Shown here: piece after piece, positions 1 to 9,519 of the stretch
Layout of the letters: each line of letters starts with the position of its first letter
Position numbering within the stretch: the first letter of the stretch is position 1
Assembly (NCBI GenBank): GCA_965222115.1
Contig: CBDCTJ010000007.1
Coordinates: 1,376,001-1,440,000, forward strand
Reading direction: 5' to 3'
DNA: 64,000 nucleotides
Origin: Planctomycetota bacterium
GTDB taxonomy: Bacteria > Planctomycetota > PLA2 > JAEUHO01
The notes under the pieces: generated by a model
What the model saw: the letters and a program-made list of their open reading frames with translations, nothing else
Database searches by the model: none
What the model was told of the DNA's origin: nothing
Translations under genes and position numbers: made by a program

Positions 1-1190
1 ATCAACAAGAAATTCAACGTGCCGCCACCAACCATGTGCTTGCCGGGCGCCGTATTGGTGCCCGCGTTCTTGGTATCGGGGTTCTTGGGATCGTAGTGAT
101 ACCAATCCTGAACGATGCGATTCACGAACGGCTCGGATGTCCGCGGCGTGCGCTTGGGAAGTTCGCCCCACCCCGCGCCAAACGTAGAAAACAGGAGGTT
201 CTTACCGACTTGCCCACTTGAGTTGGCCAAGCCGTTTGGGTGATTCTTTTCATCGACCGAGTTGAGCAAAAGGCGCGCGGTTTCTATCGCGTGGCAGGCG
301 ACGACGAACACCCGCGCCGTGACCTTGTGAACCTTGCCCTTCTGATCAATGTACTCAGCCGACTCGATACTCCCATCGGGCTTGCAGTTTAGTGCACGAA
401 CCATGGCACGACTGCGCACGTCGCATCGACCGGTGGCTTCCGCGCGTGGAATAAACGCCGCAAGAGAACTGCCTTTGGCATTGGTATTGCAGCCGTAACT
501 TCCGCAGTAGCCGCTGTAACTGCACTGCTGACGATCCTTGTAGAACGTGCTTAGCACCGCGCGCGGTAGCGGAATCGAGTGGAGCCCCAGCTTTTTGCAC
601 GTGGTGTCCATTTCGGCGGCCAAGGGATGCTCGCGCGTGGGCGGCAAGGGAAAGTCCTTGGACGATCGCTTATCGGTGAGTTGCTCGGGAAGCTTGACGA
701 CACGTCCCGATACGCCGACCTCTTTCTCAGCACGGTCATACCAGGGTTCCAGCTCGTTGTAGTCAATGGGCCAGTCGGCCAGCGACGCGCCCTCAAGCGG
801 TCCATATACCGAGTTCGTTTTGAACTCATCGGGCTTCATGCGCATGAAGAAGCCACTCATCAAGACACTTGCACCGCCAACTAAGGAGCCATTGTGGTAC
901 TTGTCAGTGACTTTGGTTGTTGCCGATGTAGAGCCGCCTTCTGTACCCGCTCCCGCGACACCGGTTGAAACACCTGCCTTAGCCGTGTCGAGCACGGGTT
1001 CGTCGCGCGGCGTGGGCCAAAGCGTTGGCCGGCGACACATTACGATTTCGTCTTTTAGAAACTCGCTGGGCGCGTAGCGCGGGCCCTTCTCCAGCACGAT
1101 GACGGTGTGTCCCGCTTCGGCCAGCACCGCTGCAACGGGGCCGCCGCCCGCACCACTACCAACCACCACAACATCGGCGTCAAAACTCAT
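1..1190 (-). CDS. GMC-family FAD oxidoreductase (gluconate 2-dehydrogenase flavoprotein-like), 3' end outside window
   Basis: Not in the ORF track (runs off the edge). Hand translation from ATG 1190: MSFDADVVVVGSGAGGGPVAAVLAEAGHTVIVLEKGP (GxGxxG FAD motif), later GSLVGGASV; ATGA overlap with the upstream subunit-3 gene. Confidence 0.88.
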   Translation of the reverse strand, partial: MSFDADVVVVGSGAGGGPVAAVLAEAGHTVIVLEKGPRYAPSEFLKDEIVMCRRPTLWPTPRDEPVLDTAKAGVSTGVAGAGTEGGSTSATTKVTDKYHNGSLVGGASVLMSGFFMRMKPDEFKTNSVYGPLEGASLADWPIDYNELEPWYDRAEKEVGVSGRVVKLPEQLTDKRSSKDFPLPPTREHPLAAEMDTTCKKLGLHSIPLPRAVLSTFYKDRQQCSYSGYCGSYGCNTNAKGSSLAAFIPRAEATGRCDVRSRAMVRALNCKPDGSIESAEYIDQKGKVHKVTARVFVVACHAIETARLLLNSVDEKNHPNGLANSSGQVGKNLLFSTFGAGWGELPKRTPRTSEPFVNRIVQDWYHYDPKNPDTKNAGTNTAPGKHMVGGGTLNFLL

Positions 1191-1858
1191 GACTCTGACG
1201 GCCTCCAGTGTTCCTTCGCGGGCCGAGGAAAGCCGGAGCGGTGGTTCGCCCATTTCCACGCCACTTCACCGATGTTTCCGCCGTGGACGGGATCGCCGAA
1301 AAACGCCTCCAAGGTGTAGGACACTGCGCGCTTGAAGAAGTCGCGACCCACACTGAAGCGCATGCCGCGTTGCTCTACAGTTTCGCCTTCAAAGTCCTTT
1401 AGCACCTTGACTTGATCCGCGTCGGACAGGGACGCGAAGTCTGAGGCGCCGCGCTTCGTTGCGTGGTCGTCAAGTCGCTTGGCGCAGTCGATGAAAATTG
1501 CCAAGTCGTTCGGATTCACGCCTGGATCCTTGAGTACGGCATCGAGGTAGCCAATGGCATTGACGTCGGCAGCACCGGGATCTTTCGGGCCACCGGAGGG
1601 AAGAATCTGGTTGAGGGCGGCGTTCAGCGTTCGCGCTTGTTCTTGTTTGAACGATTTCCAACCACCGCCGGGCGGCGTGGGCGTGATGCCTTTCGCGCGC
1701 GCCGGATCGCCGCAGCCTTGGAACCAAAAGAAGCTGGTCGTTGCGAGGCTCGCGGCGGCGCCGCCCGTTGTCAGCAAATGACGGCGCGAAACGCCCTCTT
1801 CCATTAGCTCGTCGAGCGCTCCGCCGGAAGATGTTGCGTCAGAAGAAGGATCGCTCAT
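1187..1858 (-). CDS. Gluconate 2-dehydrogenase subunit 3 family protein, Tat-exported
   Basis: Twin-arginine VSRRHLL; family-typical PGAADVNAIGYLD, FASLSDADQ, AFFGDPVHGGN; coupled to GMC gene. Confidence 0.85.
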   Translation of the reverse strand: MSDPSSDATSSGGALDELMEEGVSRRHLLTTGGAAASLATTSFFWFQGCGDPARAKGITPTPPGGGWKSFKQEQARTLNAALNQILPSGGPKDPGAADVNAIGYLDAVLKDPGVNPNDLAIFIDCAKRLDDHATKRGASDFASLSDADQVKVLKDFEGETVEQRGMRFSVGRDFFKRAVSYTLEAFFGDPVHGGNIGEVAWKWANHRSGFPRPAKEHWRPSES

Positions 1859-1917
1859 GGATGGACTCGCAAGATCGTGCGTTGCGAGTCAACGATACAC
1901 CGGGAGTGAAGCTAAGA

Positions 1918-3174
1918 CTAACGACGTGTGGGCGCGGCGAGATCCCGGTCACGCGCAGACTTGCTGCGAACATGACCCCACACGTGGAAGTTGTTGCGTC
2001 CGTTTTGCTTGACCTGGTAGAGCGCGCGGTCGGCCTGTGACAGCAAGTCATCGAGGGTGCGTTCTGGATCCGTGCTCGCGCTCCCGGCATCGAGCACGCT
2101 CACGCCCACTGAACACGTCACCTCAAGACCCGGCTTGATGCGCGACCAGTTATGTGCGGCCATGCGCTTCACCACGCGTGCGGCGAGATCCATGCCGTGA
2201 CCGGGATCTGCAGCCACAGCGGCGATGGCAAACTCTTCACCGCCTACGCGTGCCATGTGATCCATGGGACCCGCGGTGTCACGCAATACGGCCGCTGCTT
2301 CACGTAGCACGGAATCGCCCACACTATGGCCGTGGACATCATTGATGCGCTTGAAGAAGTCAAGATCCATCATGAGGACCGAGAGCGGCCACGAGTAGCG
2401 TTCGGCGCGCGCGATTTCGCCCGCCATAGTCTCTACAAACGCTCGGCGATTAGGCAGGTTGGTCAAGGGGTCACGTGTTGCCCGGTGCGTTAGACCCGTG
2501 ACTTCAACGTTAAAGCGGCGCAACGCCCGTGTGGCTACGTATACGCCGAGGAATAGAAATGCTGTACGCAAGCCAAGTGAAATGAGCTCGCTGTTGGGCA
2601 TGATACGCCCACGCCTAAGCGCAAGTTCAATCTCGGCGAGGCCGCTCGCTGTGATGCCGGATGGGAATAGCCAAGCACACAGTGCGTAGAAGAGGGCAAG
2701 AACGCATGTGATCACTGTGGCGCGATGGCGCGTGAGCACCGTACCTGCGAAGACGCACGTCATGAGTAGCAGAATAAAGAAGGGACTTGCTAGTCCACCC
2801 GACTCAAAGGTGACGAGCACGATGAATATGCCTGCCAAGAGAAAGAGCATTGTGCTGCGCTTGCTCTTATGCGCGTTGGGTCCGGTGCCCCGAGAGTACT
2901 CAATGGCGGCGAGTCCAAAACCCATGAGGACGCCGTCGAGGAGCAGCATCAGTGAGCCGCGGGATCCCTGCGTGCCCATGGCTTCGAACACACCATGAAG
3001 CAGAAGCGCGGCGCCGCCGGTCCACAGCAAAATTTGCCCGTACAGGCGCATGAGATCTTGCGGCCGCGTACGTCGAACGGCGGACATAGGGGTAGAACCA
3101 GGGGCGATCACGAATCTCCTGTCGGCCCACCACGGACCGATGTTCGTATCGACCGGCCCGAAGTAGGAATTCAT
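1918..3174 (-). CDS. Membrane-bound diguanylate cyclase (GGDEF)
   Basis: About 6 TM segments, then DPLTNLPNRR, DLDFFKRINDVHGHSVGD, RVGGEEF, ADRALY; ATG 3174 has AAGGA upstream. Confidence 0.92.
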   Translation of the reverse strand: MNSYFGPVDTNIGPWWADRRFVIAPGSTPMSAVRRTRPQDLMRLYGQILLWTGGAALLLHGVFEAMGTQGSRGSLMLLLDGVLMGFGLAAIEYSRGTGPNAHKSKRSTMLFLLAGIFIVLVTFESGGLASPFFILLLMTCVFAGTVLTRHRATVITCVLALFYALCAWLFPSGITASGLAEIELALRRGRIMPNSELISLGLRTAFLFLGVYVATRALRRFNVEVTGLTHRATRDPLTNLPNRRAFVETMAGEIARAERYSWPLSVLMMDLDFFKRINDVHGHSVGDSVLREAAAVLRDTAGPMDHMARVGGEEFAIAAVAADPGHGMDLAARVVKRMAAHNWSRIKPGLEVTCSVGVSVLDAGSASTDPERTLDDLLSQADRALYQVKQNGRNNFHVWGHVRSKSARDRDLAAPTRR

Positions 3175-3259
3175 GAGTTCCTTGGATCCGGGTGGCGTTC
3201 TGGCCTGCGTAGAGCGTGACTGGATTGCCACCACGCGCGGTGTTCGTAGTCTGTCAGCA

Positions 3260-3661
3260 CTACGCTGAATCGTCGGATGTGTCTTCGAGTTCCTCAGTCG
3301 CCGTCGATTCAAGTAGCCATGTCAAGTAGCGCGTGGAGGCCTGCTTGGGCGCAATCGCTACGAGTTCGGGCACGTCGTAGGCATGGAGGTCCAATACGCG
3401 GGCGCGCAACGCATCAAGTCGCTCGACAGTTGTCTTGATCAGCAAGAGCGACTCGGGGTCGTTGGAGACGGCATCCTTCCAGCGGTAAACGCTTCGGAGG
3501 CCAGGGATAACGTTCACGCATGCGGCCAAGCGTTCTTCCACAAGCGTAGTAGCGATCGATTCGCTTTGTTTGGGCGGAATGGTACACAGCACAATGCGCA
3601 TGTCGGCAGCGGGTGTCCACGTTGCGGCGTTGGCATTCTCAGGAGATTGGGTGTCGCTCAT
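3260..3661 (-). CDS. cutA: Divalent-cation tolerance protein CutA
   Basis: LVEERLAACVNVIPGLRSVYRW, LLIKT, HAYDVPEL motifs. Confidence 0.93.
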   Translation of the reverse strand: MSDTQSPENANAATWTPAADMRIVLCTIPPKQSESIATTLVEERLAACVNVIPGLRSVYRWKDAVSNDPESLLLIKTTVERLDALRARVLDLHAYDVPELVAIAPKQASTRYLTWLLESTATEELEDTSDDSA

Positions 3662-3813
3662 GGCCCGCCATCGTGCCACAGCGGGTGCCACTTCGAAGAA
3701 TGCTGCGCCCCCTTGGCACTGATTGCCGATAAATTCACTGTTTGCCTAGACGCCGAACCATCTAACTGCGCTCGCGTGTGCGCGATCGTTTCCCAAGACC
3801 GGAGGCTCGTTTC

Positions 3814-5646
3814 ATGTGCGGGATCGTCGGTCTGATTGGTGAATGCGAAAGCACCATTGCCGATCCGATTGGGCGTGCCCTAAGCACGCTGCGCTTGCGT
3901 GGACCCGACGGAGGGCGACGGTCCAACCTACAGTTGGGCATCCTCCATGCCACGTTCGCTGCGCGCCATCTCGCGCTGGTAGACCCCCGCCACGCGCGAC
4001 AACCTATCGTTCGCCCCAGCGGCGCTACGCTTGTTTGGAATGGCGAGGTTTATAACCATCGTCAACTGCGTGCTGAACTTCGCGATCGCGGGGAGTCGTT
4101 TGAAACCGAAAACGACGGTGAGGTACTCGCCGCACTGCTTGACTGCGACGGAATCGACGCGCTGCGCCGTGTGGAAGGTAGCTACGCGTTCGCGTTCTTA
4201 GGTGGCCCCCGTGGACCACTCTATCTGGGTCGCGATGCGATGGGTGTGCGCCCGCTCGTCTATGCGCGCCTTCCTCACGGACTCGTGTTTGCCAGTACAG
4301 TCGATGCGTTGGTATCGATGGGTGTATTTGATCCCGTTCCCGATCTCAACGCCATCTCCGATGTGTTGCGCGACGGGGTTGTGCCTTCGCATCGCACAGC
4401 ACTTCGCGGCGTACACCGCGTTCCGCAAAACTCCGTCATTGCATTCGATGTCAATCTTCACAGTTGGACGCAGCGAATCGAATCGGATGAAGACGACGAT
4501 GCCGAGTCGCACGAGTCTCTGTCTGTACTTGATCAACTGCGCGAGGCCGTTCGGGATCGATTGGCGGTCGATCGTCCTGCCGGTGTCTTGTTGTCTGGCG
4601 GTGTAGACAGTGCGTTGATCGCCGCATTGGCGAGCGAAGACCATCGCGTGCCGCTCTACACCATGGGATTTCCAGGTCATGTCAATCTCGATGAGTCGGC
4701 ACGCGCAAAGCGCACCGCGGCACGTCTGCGACAAGAACACATCGTTGTGCCCTGCCCGGATGATCCTACGGCGTGGGTATTGGGGATGGTGAACGCCTTT
4801 GATGAGCCCTTTGCGGACAGCAGCGCGGTGCCGGCGTGGGGTATTGCGCGCGCGATGCGTACGCGTGTGCGCGTTGCACTCACCGGTACCGGTGGCGACG
4901 AGGTGTTTGGTGGCTATCGACGCTATTGGTTGGTGGGGGCGGGGCCTTGGTTGCGTCACGTTCCAGAATTTGTGCGCGCGCCGGTTCGCAAGGTCTTGGA
5001 ACGTCGCGCCCCTGGCAGTGCCCGTGTGCTCGGTGCGGTTGACGATCCCGAGGGGTTCTATCGCGGGTTGCTGCGACTCCGTCCGCTTGGTGAAGTGCGA
5101 CGCGTTATGGGTCCACTTCTCAGTCGCACGGCAGAACCGGAGCACCGTCAAGGCCCCTTGTCTGCACGCGACGCCATGAACGAAGACGTCTTGCGTTACT
5201 TACCCGACGATCTACTTGTCAAAGAAGACCGGGCCTTTATGGCGCACGCCATCGAAGGGCGCCATCCCTTTCTTGATCGCCGCGTCATCCGTGCGGCAAG
5301 AGACTTGGAAGTGCGCGTGGGCCCCGGCCGTGGCCAACAAAAACAAGTCTTGCGCGCCTACGTTCGCGACGTGATCGACGAAGACTTGGCCCGCGTCGCC
5401 AAACGCGGTTTCGCGTTCCCCGTGGACGCGCTCTACCGCGGTCCCCTGCGACCCATGGCCGAAGACGCCCTACTTGGCCAACGTGCACGTGAACGCGGCT
5501 TCGTATCCCCCGTCGGCGCTCGCCGCCTCTTCCGCTCCCACCTCTCCGGCAAAATCAACGCTGGCCAAATGATCCACGCCCTCGTCGTCCTCGAACTCTG
5601 GGCCCGCCGCATGCTCGATCGACGTACGTTTCGATCGTCGGTGTAG
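3814..5646 (+). CDS. asnB: Asparagine synthase (glutamine-hydrolysing)-like amidotransferase
   Basis: N-terminal MCGI, RGPD, NGEVYN, LSGGVDS, GGDEVFGGY, PFLD; GGAGG RBS. Confidence 0.9.
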   Translation: MCGIVGLIGECESTIADPIGRALSTLRLRGPDGGRRSNLQLGILHATFAARHLALVDPRHARQPIVRPSGATLVWNGEVYNHRQLRAELRDRGESFETENDGEVLAALLDCDGIDALRRVEGSYAFAFLGGPRGPLYLGRDAMGVRPLVYARLPHGLVFASTVDALVSMGVFDPVPDLNAISDVLRDGVVPSHRTALRGVHRVPQNSVIAFDVNLHSWTQRIESDEDDDAESHESLSVLDQLREAVRDRLAVDRPAGVLLSGGVDSALIAALASEDHRVPLYTMGFPGHVNLDESARAKRTAARLRQEHIVVPCPDDPTAWVLGMVNAFDEPFADSSAVPAWGIARAMRTRVRVALTGTGGDEVFGGYRRYWLVGAGPWLRHVPEFVRAPVRKVLERRAPGSARVLGAVDDPEGFYRGLLRLRPLGEVRRVMGPLLSRTAEPEHRQGPLSARDAMNEDVLRYLPDDLLVKEDRAFMAHAIEGRHPFLDRRVIRAARDLEVRVGPGRGQQKQVLRAYVRDVIDEDLARVAKRGFAFPVDALYRGPLRPMAEDALLGQRARERGFVSPVGARRLFRSHLSGKINAGQMIHALVVLELWARRMLDRRTFRSSV

Positions 5647-5849
5647 GAGGCCATGCGGATGCGCGAACGGTGTGGGAGGGCGAGCTTTGAAATCAGCTCT
5701 TCGCTCACTTTCTCTACCGCAAGAAGGCGGCAAATGGATAGGTGCCGCCATTCAGCACCAATGTCAGGCGGTCAGCCGGACAGAATCTTGTTGGGTCTAC
5801 AGACACGCAGACCAGACGCCGCGGTTCATTGGCTTGAGCCAGATCGCTG

Positions 5850-5904
5850 GAGGCGCTTGCGCGAAGCGTATTATCGGCCGACAAAAACACATCTGGCTAC
5901 TCGC
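5850..5904 (+). repeat. Left arm of imperfect inverted repeat
   Basis: gaggcgcttg...cacatctggctactcgc matches the reverse complement of 12981-13035 at 45/55 nt by hand alignment. Confidence 0.85.
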
Positions 5905-6683
5905 TCGGTTAGTCATTCTTACACAACAAACGCATCTCGATCAATTGCAGTCAATGAGAGCATCATCGTAGCTACAAGACTAGATCATTGCATCTTGACG
6001 CTGCACATTTCCATAATGTCTTTCAGACTCAGGCGTGTTGGACTGTCCGAGTAATGATCCGAATTCAGGTTTCCGATGGATTGGAGCTCTTTCGAAAGCG
6101 TATAGCCCGTAGCGGTACGCTCTAAGACGGTTGCCTTTGAAGCTGGAGTCAGTAGGCGACTTCCATCGAGATAGATAAATTTCCAACTCAAAATGACCTC
6201 GCCGTGAAAACGTGCGACCACATCGGTTGGCGATGCTTGTCTGTCGGCAAGGGTCCCGTCCTTTAGTCACGCCGCATAGCGCAAATCTATCTCATGTGAG
6301 AGTCTTGAATCGGCTCCCTACGCAAGCGTGACATTTATGGCTCCTCGGTGAGCGTGCGCATTGCCGTAGTAGATAGATGTGAGTTCCGAGGCGTTAGCCT
6401 GATCGGAATGATAGTCCCATCGCGAAAACGAAGGCACAGGGATCCGGGCCTAATCCTGGCTCTCTGAATCGAGAACTAGCTCTGCAAAACATGGAGTTTC
6501 ACAGACGTCCTAGCCTTTCAGTCGAACGAGTGACTGACTCAAATCCTGACTTGCCCTTTTAGGGGATGATTGAATCGCAAAGCATGGTGATCAAAATAGT
6601 CGTACGCCGCCGTGGTGTCGGATACCATTGCAAAGTAAATCCACTGAGTTCAAGGATCGCAATTCAACGGGGGAGGAGTACGA

Positions 6684-8516
6684 GTGCTTCCTAGAATTTG
6701 CATAGCTCTCGTTCACGGAGTCGGTGTTCCGGAACGTGCGAGCATGATTCGGTCTGTGTGCAACGCGCTACGTTCCGAGAGCGATGCAGAGGACTTTATC
6801 GACATATCTGAGGCGAATGCAGATGACCTAGAACGTGGCGTCCTGCACACAACGAGTGCAGATGGCTCCATTTTGGTTGCTTCAAGCTACTGGGGAGACC
6901 TGTCGCTTGTGCAACCAGGGGTTCTGAACCTCGGACGCTCCATTTGGCGAGTAATTTCGGGATTACCAGATCTCGCACAGCGTGCCGCATCCGGATCCGG
7001 ACAGCTATCTGCTGTGATGTGCTGGTCAAATCGAGCTATCGCGGCGCTAATCGCTGGTCCATTGACCGCCTTGTACATTGCGTCTGTGCTCGTTGCGACT
7101 GTCCTGACTTTGGCTCCCATTGAATCAGCCGCACCTCACGGCGAGGACTCTGCTGTTCGTGTTTCGATTGGAGGAAGTTACTTGGTCACGCTGTTGGGTG
7201 GTTTGTACATTCTAGCGCGTGCCAGAAAATTGCTCCGGCCAAGGACCGCACTGAGATGGTTCGGGCTGTCGGTGTTCCTCGTTGGACTGTTAGGCCTACT
7301 AGCGCTTCTAGTACAAAATTCAATTCTAAGACGGATATTCGAGAATCATGACTATGATGCGGCTATGGTGGGAAGCGGTGGCATTGGTGATAACGTAACG
7401 ATGTCGACTGCAGGATTGCACCTGTGCTTGAACTGGTTTGTTCAGGACTTGGTGATGCTCTGTTGCTTTTTCTTCGTTATTGTTTCTGTGACAATTGTGT
7501 TGATCAAAATTGTCCGTGAACGGAGTTACGAGAAGTGTGCTCCATTGAGAGCTTCTTGTGTTTCCACTTTCTTGCTCTGGGCGATCTTTGCTATTTGTGC
7601 TGAGCCGTTCGACTTTTTCGTATACAAATCAATTGCGACAGCCACTGGATCTAGTGGCTACATGCTTTACTGGTACGAAATCGCTCTTGTTGCATGGTTG
7701 GTGGGGACGGTGATCATCGGCGGCGTTGTGTATATGGTACGAGGAATCGAAGCGAAGAGACACTTTGAGGATCCCGAAGAACAGCCGCCCCCCAGTCGCC
7801 TCCTTTTGTCGCTGCCGAATGAGATTTGGATCATGGCCTTCACGTTTGGAATGGCAGTCTTTGTCTGGGTGAACTCCTTGCACATCGTGAAAGGTAGATC
7901 AAGCCAGCTAGATCCGAATGTGATCCCGGTGTGGTATGTCAACCTAATCATTTTTGCAGTCATTCTTGTGGCGCTCGTCTTCTCGAGGCCCTTGCAAAGA
8001 GGCTTGCATGTAGTGAGTGATCTTGTCGCGCACTTCTCCTATCCGAAAGACGGCTTTCCCATTCGTAGGCAGATTCAAGAACGGTTCGACAGGCTCTTGG
8101 AGTTTGTGAAGGAGCACTCGGCTGCCGATGCCGATCTTGTAGTAATCTCACATAGCCAAGGCACTGTAGTTGCCGCGAATCAACTATCGAGGGCTTCATC
8201 TCTGCGCTACATTCAGGGTTTTAAGTCGGTGACGATGTTTACGTTCGGCTCTCCATTGTCGCACTTGTATGGCTACTATTTTCCGGATGGGGCGTCTGGG
8301 GCATCAAGACAACAACTAGATAGGCTTGCGCGAACCGTCCATTGGCACAATGTGTATCGAGTTGATGACTTTGTCGGTACGTCAATCGAGCTATTGCCTG
8401 CCACGTCTCAATCTAGGTGCGCAGTTGGAGGCCACAACAACTACTGGAGACCAGACGTCATGGAGAGAGTTAGGTTCGCGCTTAGGCTGCTTCACGGAGG
8501 GCGTGTGTCGATTTGA
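6684..8516 (+). CDS. Multi-pass membrane protein with split alpha/beta-hydrolase (lipase-like) motifs
   Basis: N-terminal IALVHGVG, many hydrophobic helices, then ISHSQG, TFGSP, DDFVG, HNNYW; GGAGGAG RBS before GTG. Confidence 0.75.
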   Translation: MLPRICIALVHGVGVPERASMIRSVCNALRSESDAEDFIDISEANADDLERGVLHTTSADGSILVASSYWGDLSLVQPGVLNLGRSIWRVISGLPDLAQRAASGSGQLSAVMCWSNRAIAALIAGPLTALYIASVLVATVLTLAPIESAAPHGEDSAVRVSIGGSYLVTLLGGLYILARARKLLRPRTALRWFGLSVFLVGLLGLLALLVQNSILRRIFENHDYDAAMVGSGGIGDNVTMSTAGLHLCLNWFVQDLVMLCCFFFVIVSVTIVLIKIVRERSYEKCAPLRASCVSTFLLWAIFAICAEPFDFFVYKSIATATGSSGYMLYWYEIALVAWLVGTVIIGGVVYMVRGIEAKRHFEDPEEQPPPSRLLLSLPNEIWIMAFTFGMAVFVWVNSLHIVKGRSSQLDPNVIPVWYVNLIIFAVILVALVFSRPLQRGLHVVSDLVAHFSYPKDGFPIRRQIQERFDRLLEFVKEHSAADADLVVISHSQGTVVAANQLSRASSLRYIQGFKSVTMFTFGSPLSHLYGYYFPDGASGASRQQLDRLARTVHWHNVYRVDDFVGTSIELLPATSQSRCAVGGHNNYWRPDVMERVRFALRLLHGGRVSI

Positions 8517-8829
8517 TGATGACCTGCCCTTCTTGATCGAAGACATAGTCGATCGTGAAGTCGCTACTGGAGAACTTTCGCGCAATGGATAATGCGCTGC
8601 GGTATCCAAGATCGTCGAAGTTAGATCGTAAGCACCCCGCCAACAGCCTTGAGAATCTAAATCGATAAGTCAAACGGCGGACCGCGGCGGACCGCGGTGG
8701 CCCGCCTCTTTCCAAACGAAGCTTCCTTGTTGAGACTCGTCAGCGCAGTGCTTATGGAGGTCAGTGAGGAATGGGAAGCCGGTCGGAGGTACCTGCACAG
8801 AGACGACGCTTGATTCGACATTCAAGAAT

Positions 8830-9019
8830 TTACAGAAAAAACGTTGCACTTTCGATCCTGCGATCTGGATCATCCGTATTTGCTTTAGTGATTTCGATGA
8901 AGTCATTCGAACCGTCCGAAGCTCGGAGCGCTTCGCACACAGATCGAATCATGCTAGTGCGTTCTGGTACTCCTAACTCCATGGACAAGGGCAATACAGA
9001 CTTTCGCGTCATTGTTCAC
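8830..9019 (-). pseudogene. Truncated, frameshifted inverted paralogue of the 5' end of the 6684-8516 gene
   Basis: GGAGGT RBS, then GTG-NNDAKVCIALVHGV / one extra base / GVPERTSMIRSVCEALRASDGSNDFIEITKANTDD, versus RICIALVHGVGVPERASMIRSVCNALRSESDAEDFIDISEANADD. Confidence 0.85.
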
Positions 9020-9195
9020 CAATTCACCTCCTGCCCGATCCGCACACGAGGTGAGCCGTGATCGGATCAACCACTACTTGAACAGCCCTCAATTTAGATG
9101 ACAGCGCACAGATTCTCTATATCGTAGCCTGTAACGGGTAGCACACCTGCGTTATCCACCTTCGATGAGGCCTTGTTTGGGAACCGGGAGAGAGT

Positions 9196-9501
9196 ATGGC
9201 CGAGCGAGTATTTAGAATCGAGAAAGAGACATCTCAAGTGATATGGGGATCTATTGACGGTCCAGGGCCCGTCGGTGTCGACTTGATTGTCCTCGTTTCT
9301 CTTGACGAACTGTCCCAGGAGCGAAAAATCGCCACACTGGAAGCGGTTGGCGAGGACGCAAAACGAACCAGGTTTTCTGCATTGTTGGGGTGGAATGACT
9401 GGATCCCAATAAACGTCAAAGACGTGCGGGCACTTGTTGTGAAAGCGAAAGACACGGACGTAAAGGTGCGAGTGACCGTTCTAGATTCGCGTCAATCTTA
9501 A
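9196..9501 (+). CDS. Hypothetical protein (101 aa)
   Basis: GGGAGAG before ATG, globular-looking sequence, first gene of a co-directional cluster. Confidence 0.6.
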   Translation: MAERVFRIEKETSQVIWGSIDGPGPVGVDLIVLVSLDELSQERKIATLEAVGEDAKRTRFSALLGWNDWIPINVKDVRALVVKAKDTDVKVRVTVLDSRQS

Positions 9502-9519
9502 TTGGAAGGAGGGGTTGCG

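Noticed and set aside
3814-5646. asnB as a lasso-peptide cyclase
   Set aside because: Retains the MCGI glutaminase N-terminus; no precursor, B protein or RRE gene adjacent
5905-6680. Short ORFs in the left part of the island
   Set aside because: No convincing RBS or motifs; more likely intergenic or decayed sequence
8675-8706. ggcggaccgc short duplication
   Set aside because: Only about two units; may be chance
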